A stretch of 62,446 nucleotides of DNA, counting the filler, from Hausera hauseri (taxonomy: Eukaryota): the NCBI GenBank assembly GCA_046269625.1. It is 12 parts of 12 records of this genome, joined end to end, with 100 filler letters (N's around TTAATTAATTAA, not from the genome) between each part and the next. Parts side by side here need not be neighbours in the genome. Positions count along the whole stretch, not along the records: positions 51,554 to 57,558 come from JBJURY010154866.1; positions 57,659 to 62,446 come from JBJURY010435583.1; 10 more parts are not named here. One strand, given 5' to 3'. Positions within the stretch are counted from its first letter, which is position 1; every line of letters starts with the position of its first letter. Below are positions 51,554-62,446 of the stretch, piece after piece. The notes under the pieces were generated by a model. It searched no databases, was not told the origin of the DNA, and saw nothing but the letters and a program-made list of their open reading frames with translations. The position numbers and the translations under genes are program-made.

Positions 51554-54500
51554 TTATGGCTATTTCTTTATTGGACTAAGACTAGTTTCTGGACGTGAAA
51601 ATTGTAACTCATCAACTTTCATAATCATCATTTATGTGTTTTTCACTGACTCAAAAATATTTCGCTCTTTTAATCATCCTGAGAAACCGATCTAGAATGA
51701 GTTCGTAAAATCTTTCTGTGTTCGGTTCAATTCTTGGACCACAGCCGTCCGTACGAGAGTTGGCGGACTAAAGTCAGGTCGAGTGGAACACGGGTCAAAA
51801 ATGCACCCAGCCGCCAAACGCTTGTCTTAATTGGTGGCGACGCCCGTAACAGTGGCACCACAGTACGCCCCGTAACAAAAATGACACTATAATACATAGC
51901 GAAAATATGAAGATAAAAATCTCGAAAAAGGAAAAGGGTTTGTGTTCTACTCAATTTTTTTGTGTACTAGGCGTTGTACTTTGTTCACATTTTGCTTTAC
52001 TGTACTTACTGAAAGTAACTCTGCGTGTTCTGTTTTTATGTGGTGTGTTCGCTTGCAGAGATGTACATAGGGGTGAAAGCTTTGTCGTTGATTGTTTGGT
52101 ATTATTTTTGTTGAGGCAGGTGAGAGTTTTGATGAACGATTGAGTGAAACAAAAATGGAGGAAGAAGGTGAAGACTTTCAAATGAAAAGTGAAGAGTGAG
52201 GAGTAAAAAATGGAGAATGTGAAGTAGATTTGGTAGATGAGAAAAGGGGAGTAGGAATTGAGACGAAAGAAGCAGAAAATGATTACTGTGAAGTAGTGGA
52301 TGGGACGTAAGCTGTAGAAAATGAGAAATGAAAAGTAACAGGTAAAGAATTGGAAGTATGGGTAGAAAGATTAAAGAGAAAAGCGGGAATTGGACCAGGT
52401 GGTGGTTGATTATTCGTTGATTTATCAAGGAACGGAATAGAAACAAAAGAATCGAGAAAAGTGCCAGTGGAGGTGAGGTTGTTTTGTGTATCATGAGGAG
52501 AGTCGTCCACAAAGAAAGCAGGTTTTAGATTGGTGATGTGTACAGTTTGTTCTCTACCGCTTTTAAGAATTGTAGCTGTGTGAGTCGATAAAGAAAGGAG
52601 TTTGAATGGCCCAACGTATTGTGGTTGAAAATCACCAGGTGAAAGATCTCGAAGCCAGACAAACTTGGCAGTATACAAATCATTTGGTATATTTGATTTG
52701 TTATAATTTACTATTTTGCAAAATGAGTCTTTGTTTAGTGCAAAGTGATATTGGGCATTTCGAATCAGTTCGTTTGTTGGTGTATCGTCCAAATCATTTA
52801 ACTCAAAAAGTACTCGAATTGGTGTTCCAAACAATGCTTCAGCTGGTGCACAACTTGTGGTGGTGGATGGTGTGTTTCGCCAGCCAAGCAAGACAAGACC
52901 GTTCGCTTGGGGATTATATGGAGAAGTGTGTATATGTTTAATCCCCAAGCCATTGACTAAGGATTTAAAGAGATTTGACTTGAATTGTTGACCTTGGTCC
53001 GTGATTATGAAACAAGGGGAGCCAAATCTGCTGATCCACGTTTTGATGAAAACCTCAGCGATAGTGCTTGTGTTGGTGGAACGTAATGGAATGGCTTCTG
53101 GCCATCGAGAAGAACGGTCCATCATTGTGAGTAAGAATTGATGACCGTTGTCTAGACGAAGAGGGCCAACTAGGTCCATGTGAACGGATTCAAAACGTGA
53201 CGTACAGGGGAAGTGATATAATGGTGTCTTCAGATCCTTTTGAGTTTTGAATTTTTGGCATGCCACGCATTCCTTAACTTACGCCTGTACGTCTAATCTC
53301 ATCGACGGCCATATAACGCTACGTTGCAGATGAAAAGTTGCTTTGACACCCGGATGATGAAGAGAATGTACGTTATGAAATGCTGTTTTCTGCAAAGATG
53401 AAGACAAAATTGGTTTGTGATTACCGGGTTTAGACGTGTCATAAGCTATTCTGTCGACGATTTGGTGCCATTTAAAAGACTTAAGAATTTAATGTGCTAA
53501 TACGTTTTTCTGAAGCACTGCTTGTGAAAAAATGGAAGTGACTCCAATGATGTTAATCGATCTCGACAAAAAATCGGCAACAAAATTGTCAGTGCCTGAA
53601 ATATGAACCATTTTAAAATTGAATGTCGACAAGTGCGATATGTGACGTTCTTGCCGAGGTGAAGGAGTTTTTATATCCATGATGTGAATGAGATGTTTGT
53701 TGTCATTTTGAATCGTAAAAGACCTGTCAATTAGCAAATGCAAGAAATGTTTTAGAGATAATACTACAGCTAGGAGATCTCTGTCAAAAGTTGAGTAACG
53801 ACTTCCTGGTGATGTACGTTTCCGAGAATAAAATTCCAGAGGGCAAAAAGACATACTCAAAAAGACCGAAAGGTGTTGTCACAGCTGTTTTCGGTATGTC
53901 AGCAGGTGAGACAGGAATCTGATGGTAGGCTTTATAATGATCGATGGATGAAAATATGGTGTTGCCATTGAGTCTGTGTAGGATATCGCTGATAAGAGGT
54001 AATGGATATGCGTCTATTACCGTAATGTTGTTCAATTGGCGATAAACGCCACAGGGTCTGAAAGTACCGTCCTTCTTTGGCATTACGTGTAGAGGTGAAG
54101 CTCAAGGTGACTTTGATCTTCTTATAATTGCTGCCTTTTCTAATTCATTGAACTCCGATTCCACAGCTTTGCGTCTGCGCGGAGAAAGCGGCCTAACCTT
54201 CTGTTTAATTGGTCTTTGGTGTTCAGTGAAGATGTGATGGTACGTCGTAGAAGCAGGCTTGAAATTTGGGTTTTTCTTCAATGCTCTAGGACAAGATACT
54301 GTGATGTAGTCACGAAGAGCTGTATCCAGTTACATTAATGAGGAGGTGAGGTGAGATGCTGTGTCGGTGTTGGCAATTGTTTTTGTTGTTACTGTATAAA
54401 TGGAAACGTCACAATCGAAGTTACCAACATTCAGTTTATCTAATTTAATAAAAGATTTCTTTAATATAGATTTCGAAGCTACAGCCAACTGCGCGAAAAA

Positions 54501-56218
54501 TGGTGCAATATTTTTTGATTTTGTATGATTGATTATACTTTTAATCACACGGTGCTGCTTGCAATAAACTAGTAAGTTGTAGTGCGATAAAAAATCAGAC
54601 CCTAAAATTGATGTTTTAATATCTGCAACAACGAAATTCCATTGAAAGACATAAGAAAAATGTGGCAGGGTGAAAGACATTTCTGTAGCACCAAAAATAC
54701 GTAATGCTTGCCCATTTGCCGTGAAGAGTTTAGTAGACGTACGGAGCATTTTTAGTGAAGTGAAAGATGAAGGTAGTAATGAACCAGCTGCACCTGAATC
54801 GATCATAAATTTAGTGTGGTGCGGAAAAGATGTGAATCCAGAATCCAATAAGAAAACGCTATTGGTAGAAGTACGGCAGTCAAAACAGAAAAGATGGCCT
54901 TTCCAGAATTTTCCTTAGTTTCTGGCGGCTTTAGGCGTTTTCTTTGAATAGATGAATAGGTTGGAGTTTTCTGGGTGTAAAATGTACACCCAAATAAGCA
55001 GCGCTCTACATTGTCTTTAAACCTACTGTGATAGATGCAGACAGTATCGTGTGACTGGAAACGCTGCGTATAGAACTTGCGGCCTATACAGCATTTTTTG
55101 GCATTTTGATCGAATTTTGTGTGATAATAGCACACTATTTTCCTCGAAGGTGACTGGGCGTGCCTAGAGTTTGCAGACGACTGTCTGCTTCGATCTGTTA
55201 TAAACCGACCACGATGCGGTAGATCCAAAGCGTCAATTTTGCTAGAGATGACCGATTTGGCTTGATGTAAGGCTGCATTTTTGGCTTGCAAATTTTGAAT
55301 TTGATAGACTATACTGTTCTCGTTGTTTGATGAGTTTGCTAATTGTAGATGTGTAACTATTGTTCGTGATTGCGCTACTTGCAGAGCTGCAATCGGTTTA
55401 TGTACATTACTGTTGTGAAAAATTTCGTAACTTTTTTCTGCAAGTTGCGCCAGTTTGTCGAGCGACGTAGAATCCTCCACAACAGTAATGAGTGCGAGGA
55501 TTTGGATTGACAAGGATGATAAGAAATAACGTAGAAGAAGATCCGCGTTATTTTATTGGTTTACTCCTAGTGAGTTTAGTTGTGAAAGTGAGGTGCGAAG
55601 AAATTTTCAGGGCTTTTGCTGGCCAAGAGCGTTTTCGTTGAAGTATATTTGTATTATTGTGACTAATGAAGACTCGGTTGATGTAGTTACGGTGTCAAGT
55701 AGTAATTTATATGGGTCAGAATGATTAAAGATGTCAGAAAGATTAGTTATGCCGGATTTTATATTGGGTGGAAGATGGAAAAGTAGACTGTTGGCCTTTT
55801 GAAACAAATCAGTGATTTTATGTGAGGCTAGCCACTTTGCTTGGAAGTCTAACTATGTTCTGCAAGAGTTTGGATTATCGAAGAAAAAGTCTACACATTG
55901 ATATTGTGAGAAAGAAGATGGAGTTGGAGAAATAAAGGTTTTGTTTGGGGATTTTTTATCTCCTCAGAATTGAGGTCAGATCCACCATGAAGTTTAAGAA
56001 TTAGATGTAAAGAGAAATGAAGTATGTGATTGAAAAGAGCATAACAGATCGTCGGGGCGAATAATGAGTCCATTCAGAAATAGAGAAGCCAGAAAGATGG
56101 ACGTCGTTGCATATCGATGTGTATATGTGGTGCTCACAGCGGCCGGCGCCCTCTGGCCCATTCGGTTGGGCACGGCCGGGTTTCCGCTGCCGGCGCGTGG
56201 GACACAGGCAGGCCCCGA
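51554..56218 (-). mobile_element. CsRn1-like gypsy copy A with both LTR junctions and an internal RT/RNase H deletion
   Basis: 5' LTR end GCACCACA at 56126; PPT-like GGGGCGTAC then 3' LTR start TGTGGTGC at 51862; gag CHCC x2, MIDSGA, IN core. Confidence 0.95.
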
Positions 56219-56258
56219 TTTTAATATTTATAATTAATTATAAGTATTAAATAATAAA

Positions 56259-57402
56259 TTGATATTCAAAAATCGTAAAGCAGAGTTCCAGAATAGTGAA
56301 AACAAGGACAACTCAGATAAATGTCTCATCGTTTACCGACTTCATCCGTCATATTCAGATGGAATATTATTAGTCCACATTCTGTGTGCCTCTCTCAGTG
56401 ACGAACAGTGCCCAGTCAAATTGAAAGATCGATTAAAGATTCCTCAGGCAAACTTTTAATGGCATTCGATCACCGTTTATTGGACCAGTCGTTTTCATGC
56501 AAAAATGGCTTTTGACTCGTCGTGACGTGAATATTTTCCATCCATATCCGAAACAGAAAACCTTTTCAAAGCCTATTTCAATGAGTTCATCCGATAAAGT
56601 ATCTATAGAGAATTCTAAGGAATCTAATCAAACAACCAATGAGACATCAAATCAAGGTAACAAAGAACAAAATCCTATGGAATTTAAGAATTCTGTTGAA
56701 GGTGATCGGCCATTTTATTAATGTACTTATCCATTGTCGACGGTTTCTCGAACTAAATGTGTAGCGAGGTCCACAATAACTGAAGTGTCCTTAGCAATGG
56801 TTGCGGGCGCCCTTCGGACTTATCAGCAACATATCGGTGAAGTACCTCATCCCTATGATATTTTATGTTTGATTCCCACTGATTTAACCAAAGAATTTCA
56901 TGGATCCGTATTAAATAGAAATAGTTCTTCAGCAGCCAGTAAAGCCAGTAATCTGAGTAGTATTGGCGAATATTCATCTCATTTGAAAAACAATTATTCA
57001 TTAGTCGACTGTGGTCTACCAACGAACACAGAAGGTATGATTCCTAGACTTTGGGAGGTCAAACAACAAATGGAAGAGTTGAAAAACAGTGCAGACAGCA
57101 TTATTCTTCGTGGATTAACACGTATTCTTTGGAATTTATTTCCAAAAAGTGTTGATCAGCGAATAATGCAAATATATTATAATAAAAATAGTCTTTTAGT
57201 ATCATCCCTGCATGGTCCCGATTACAATTTGAACTTTGGTGATAAAACAATCCATGATATTACGTATTGGTTTCCAACAATTTTTGATGTCTCTTTGGCA
57301 ATATCATGTTTCACATACTCCGATTCCTTTATTTGTTCAGTGTCAGCTGATGCTTCCGAGTTGCCAAAAATTCGTTTAGTTTTAGACTCTATTGTATATC
57401 AG
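56259..57402 (+). pseudogene. Wax-ester synthase/DGAT (WS/DGAT)-like protein fragment
   Basis: RLHPSYSDG (HHxxxDG-like), TITEV...AGALRTY, SSLHGP...FG...YW, ISCFTYSD; one frameshift, one stop; ends at a GT donor. Confidence 0.75.
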
Positions 57403-57658
57403 GTTATACATTTTATTGGTTTGGTGAATTTTTTAATGTTCGGACACTTTGTATAATTGTCTTTTAAATTTGAAACTTTTGAGCAAAAATACCTTTAATA
57501 TTTGCTTAAAATTATGCAATATGGGCTCTGTAAATGTTAAATCATTTTGCACTTCTTCNNNNNNNNNNNNNNNNNNNNNNNNNNNNNNNNNNNNNNNNNN
57601 NNTTAATTAATTAANNNNNNNNNNNNNNNNNNNNNNNNNNNNNNNNNNNNNNNNNNNN

Positions 57659-60600
57659 CTTTACGTATTTTGCTTGCTTGTTTTGAGTTTGCTTGCCGAG
57701 GTATATGTTGGGGAAAAATATATGGATTTACCGTTAGAGTTGTTTTAGTTGTGGAAAGTGAAGGTTGCAAAGGAACGTCAGCAGAGATTGAAGAAGATAG
57801 AACAGGTGCAGCAGGTGTGAAGACTTAAGGATTGGAGGAAGATTGGGCATTTGAAGAGAAGTGAGGAGAGATATGAAGTGGAGTAGAGTCAGAAAAAGGC
57901 GTGTTTGAGGAAGGTTGAATGTGTGAAGGAGTCTGAGAACTTGGAAAAGGTTGAGGAGAAAAATCTAAAGGAGATTTATCTTTACGTGAAGGTCGTGTGT
58001 GATTAGTTAAATTGGATGGGGGTGAAATGGTGGCAAAAGAATCAAGAAAAGTACCAGTAGAGTTGGTGTTGGTTTATGTATCTTCGGGAGAATCATCAAC
58101 AAAGAAAGCAGGTTTTAGCTTTGTTAGGTGTACAGTCTGTTCTTTGCCATTTTTAAGAATCGTTGCCGTATGAGAGGATAAAACAATAGTTTAAAGGGAC
58201 CAATGTATTGCGGTTGAAAACCACTGGGTGAAGGATTACTAAGCTAGACAAATTTATCGGTGTATAAATTATCTGGTATATTTGATTTTTTGTTATGTAC
58301 AATTTTGCAAAATGAGTCCCGTTTAATGCGACGAAGTGATTTTGCGCATCTCGAATTAGCTCNNNNNNNNNNCTCATAAAGTGCCCGAATAGGTGTCCCA
58401 AATAATGCCTCAGCTGGTGCACAACCCGTAGTTGTAGAGGGTGTGTTACGTCAACCGAGCAAAACCAGTTGAAAAAGAGATGTCCAGTTGCTGTGTGATT
58501 CAGCAAGAATTTTGAGCGATGTCTTCATTATGCGGTGAAATCGTTCAAGTAAACCGTTCGCTTGAGGATGATATGGAGAAATATGTATGAGTTTAATCCC
58601 TAAGCAATTGACTAAGGTCTTAAAAAAATTTGACTCAAATTATGGACCTTGGTCCGTGATAATGAAACGAGGTAAGCCAAATCTGCTGATCCAAGTTTTT
58701 TGATGAAAATATCAGCAATTGTGACCGTGTTGTGGAGCGTAATGGAATGACCTCTGGTCATCGAAAAGCACGGTCCATCATGGTCAATATAAATTGATAA
58801 CCGTTATCTGGTCGAAGATGGCCGATTAGATCAATATGCACGGATTCGAAACGCGATGTACAGGAGAAATGATAAAGGGGTGGCTTCAGATATCTGCTAG
58901 TTTTAAACTTTTGGTATGACACACACTCCCTAATCTACGCCTGTACGTCTGATTTCATTGACGGCCTTATAACGTTGCGTTGTAAGAGCTGAAAAGTTGC
59001 TTTAGCGCCCGGATGATAAAGAGAATGCACGCAATAAATTCAGTTCGCTGCAAAGATGAAGATAGTATAGGTTTGTGATGGCCGGGTTTAGAAGTGTCAT
59101 AGGCAATGCAGTCAGTGATTTGGTGTGATTTAAAGGATTTAAGAATACCCTACGTTTACACATTCTGCTGAAACACAGCTTGTGAAAAAATCGGCGTGAC
59201 TCCTATCATGTTAACCGATCTTGATAAAAATTTGGCAACTAGATTGTTGCTGCCTGAAATATATACCATTTTGAAATTGAATGTCGAAAAGTACGATATG
59301 TGACGTTCCTGTCGGGGTGAAGGGGCTTTCATGTCCATAATACTAAGCAGTGGATTGTGGCCTGTTTGGATCGTAAAAGACCTGGCAATTAACAAATGCG
59401 AGAAGTGTTTTAGAGCTAATATTATAGCTAAGAGCTCTGTGTCGAAAGTTGAATAACGACTTTCTAATGGCGTAAGTTTCCGAGAAAAAATTCCAGAGGC
59501 TCTTTGACGCTATTAAAAATTTAATTCAGTATTGTGCCGACTGCTGTGGTAAAGGCATCTGTGGTTAATATCAGCTCTGCGTCAGGCTTGGGGTACGCTA
59601 AAATTTTGACAGTTTTTAAACTTTCACATAAATGGTCAAACTGGTTGGCAAATTCGGGAGTCCAGTGAATTAATTGTTTCTTCTTTCCAGACGATAAGAA
59701 TGCAAACGGTGTGGTTAATTCAAAGCAATGTGGCACATATTTGTGAATAAAGTGGAGTGTGCCAAGAAAAGAGCGCATTTCTGTTGCTGTTCGTGGCGAT
59801 TAAATGTTCTTAAGCTGAATTGTGCGGTCTTGTTGAGGAGAGTGGCCAAATTTTGTGATGAAATAACTAAAGAAGTAAATCTTGTTTTGGAAAAAAGAAC
59901 ATTTGATGAAATTTACTTCTAAATTATTTTGGTGAAGGCGTTGGAAACCTATGCGTAAATGCTCAGAATGCTGTTTGGGAGGCGACGAAGCGATGAAGAT
60001 GTCGCCTATATATATGGGAACACAAAGTTTAGACCAGCGAGCACTGTATCTATGTGCCTTTGAAGTTTTTGTGAGGCACTACGAAGTCCGAATGGCATGA
60101 AAACATACTCGAAAAAGGCGAAAGATTTTGTTACAGCCGTTTTCGTTATGTCAGCAAGTGAGACAGGAATCTGATGGTAGGCTTTATGAAGATCGATGGA
60201 TAAAAATATGGTGTTGCCATTGAGTCTGTGTAGGATATCATTGATGAGCGGTAATAGATATGCGTCCATTACCGTAATGGTTTTTAATTGGCGGTAATCG
60301 CCACAGAGCCTGCAAGTACCGTCCTTCTTGGGCACCACGTGTAGAGGTGAGACCAAAGGTGACTTTGATTTTCTTATAATTTCTGCCTTTTCTAATTCAT
60401 TAAATTCCAACTCTACGGCTTTGCGTCTGCGTGGAGAAAGTGGCCTAACCTTCTTTTTAATTGGCCTTTAATGTTCAGTGACGATGTTATGGTATGTTGT
60501 TGAAGCAGGTTTAAAGTTGGGATCTTTCTTTAATATTCTGGCACAAGAAGTTGTTATGTAATCGCGAAGAGCTGAATCTAGTTGTAAGAATGGAGATTCA

Positions 60601-62446
60601 GGCTGAGAAGTCATGTTTGTATTAGAAGTTGTTTTTTTGGTGATTGTATGAATAGAATCGTCACAATCGGAATTGCCAACACTCAGTTCATTTAGTTTAA
60701 TTACAAATTTCCTTAATATCGATTTCGGCATCGCAGCAAAATTCGCGACAGGTTGTGTACCGTTTTGTAATTTTGTATTATCGATTGTATTTTTGATGAC
60801 ATGATGCTGTCTGCAGTCGACAAGTAAATTGTGATGTGATAGAAAATCAGAACCTAAGATAGGAATTTTGATGTCAGCAACTATGAATTTCCATCGGAAA
60901 ATTTCAGAGAAATGTGCTAAAGTAAGTTCTGCAGTACTAGAAATGCGTAAAGCTTGCCCACTGGCAGTGAAAAGTCTGGAAGACGTGAGAAGTATTTTTA
61001 AGGAGTTGAAGGATAAAGGAAGTAATGAGACGGCAGCACCCGAGTCAATCAGAAATTTGGTGTAGTGTGGGAAAGATGTCAATGCAGCGTCCAAAAGAAA
61101 AACAGCGTTGGTACGGCGATTAAGTGATGAAAAATGGACTTTGCCAGAGTTTGCTGTAGTTTCTGGTGGCTTTATTCGTTTTTTTAAATAGACGAAGAAG
61201 TTGGAGTTTTCTGGGTGTAAAACTTACACCCATTTAAGCAGCGTTTTGCGTTGTCTTTAAACTTGCTGTGGTAGATGCAGACCACATCGTGTGATAGGAA
61301 ACGCTGAGTGTAGAACCTGCAGCTTATACAGCATTTTTTGGCATTTCGATTGAATTTGCTGTGATAATAGAACAACATTTGTCTCGAAGGTGACTGGCCG
61401 TGCCTAGAGTTTGCAGACGACTGTGTGCTTCGATCCGCGCTAAACCGATCGCGTCGCGGTAGAGACAAAGCGTAAATTTTGCTAGAAATGGCCGATAGGC
61501 TTGATGTAGGGCCGCATTATCGGCTTGCAGATTTTTAATTTGATGAACTATATTGTTCTCGTTGTTTGATGGGTTTTCTGATTGTAGATGTGCAACTATT
61601 GTTGGTGATTGCGTTGCTTGTAAAGCTAAAATCGTTTTGTATGTATTACTGTTATGAAAAATTTTGTAAATTTTGTCCGCAAGTTGCGCCAGTTTGTCGA
61701 CAGACAAAAATCCTCAACTACAGTAAGGAGTGCGCGTATTTGGATTGGCAGAGTTGAAAGGAAGTGACGCCGGAGAAGGTCGGCGTTATTTTGTTGGTTT
61801 ACTCCCAAAGAATTCAATTCTGATAATGAAGCGTGCAGGAATTCAGTGGGTTTTTGCTGCCCAAGAGCGTTCTCATTGAAATACTTTTAAATTATAAAGT
61901 CCAGAGAAGACTTAGTTGCTTTAGTCACAGCATCCAATAGAGATTTGTAAGGATCAGAGTGACTAAAAATGTCAGATAGATTAGTAATGAAGGATTTTAT
62001 GTTCGGTGGCAGATTAATCAGCAAACTGTTGGCTTTTTGAAAGGAATCGGTGATTTTATGTGAGGCTAGCCATTTTGCGTGGAAGTCTAGCTATGTTCTG
62101 CTGGAATTCTGACTATCGAGGAAGAAGTCAACGTACTGGAAGTGTGAAAAAGAGGAAAGAGTTGGCGACACGAAAGTTATGTTTGGCGACTTTTTAGTCT
62201 CGTCAAAGTTGGGGTCAGAGCCACCATGAAGTTTAGGCCAAAGCGTGATGCAAATGAATGAAGAGGGCTGCAAGAGAAAACTATACAGACGATAATGTGG
62301 ACGGATGATGAAGCTGTTAAAAACAAAACAAAGTCAGACATGTCGGTGGTGTGTAAGATTGAAGTATGCAGCTCTTTTCCTAAGGTATTGTAGTAGGGGG
62401 AGTGGAGGACACGGCACCACCCTCCCCCAGGATCAATAATCTATAT
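57659..62446 (-). mobile_element. CsRn1-like gypsy copy D, degenerate
   Basis: Colinear with copy A: gag CHCC motifs, LIDSGA, RLCGDYR, MPFGL, TDA, IN core; LTR end CTACTACA at 62389. Confidence 0.95.

Noticed and set aside
5699-54825. Other TGTGGTG/CACCACA matches (near 5700, 9671, 23536, 52857, 54816)
   Set aside because: They lie inside continuous coding frames with no TSD or break in homology, so they are chance matches.
56126-56218. HDV-like or hammerhead ribozyme in the GC-rich LTR end
   Set aside because: I could not build the nested pseudoknot or find CUGANGA/GAAA cores; it folds as a simple hairpin.
4133-57658. Regularly recurring TTAATTAATTAA as a biological repeat or CRISPR-like array
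   Set aside because: Always embedded in 44 N on each side; it is an assembly linker.

Overview
This window is not contiguous genome. It is 12 short contigs joined by artificial 100-nt spacers (44 N + TTAATTAATTAA + 44 N). The source is an AT-rich metazoan with 39-47-nt GT-AG introns. One contig carries a teleost-type TGFBR2 exon, so a fish parasite such as a monogenean flatworm is plausible, but that is inference only. No intact cellular gene is visible. The window holds three kinds of content. (1) Decayed mobile elements: four copies of a CsRn1-like Ty3/gypsy family with CHCC Gag, two other LTR elements with extra ORFs, Tc1 DD34E and maT DD37D transposons, MITEs, an RTE LINE fragment, Polinton/adintovirus-type pPolB relics and an intron-containing CRESS-type Rep. 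(2) Tightly abutting pseudogene fragments of conserved host genes: NDUFS1, KMT2C/D PHD fingers, SRCR-ZP, a SAM methyltransferase, MAP4K, H2A, TRIP12, NBAS and a WS/DGAT-like gene. (3) The main observation: a 13-nt LTR terminus, TGTG(A/G)N C(A/G)CCACA, shared with the 5' LTR of an autonomous-type gypsy copy, recurs at the edges of these gene-fragment blocks. Two complete TG...CA units with exact 5-bp target-site duplications (10526-11112 and 29363-30365) share their termini but have unrelated interiors. This suggests a gypsy family whose LTRs act as variable cargo cassettes that capture genomic DNA, mostly antisense with introns retained, and apparently including fish DNA. The family also lacks a canonical TGG-starting primer-binding site.
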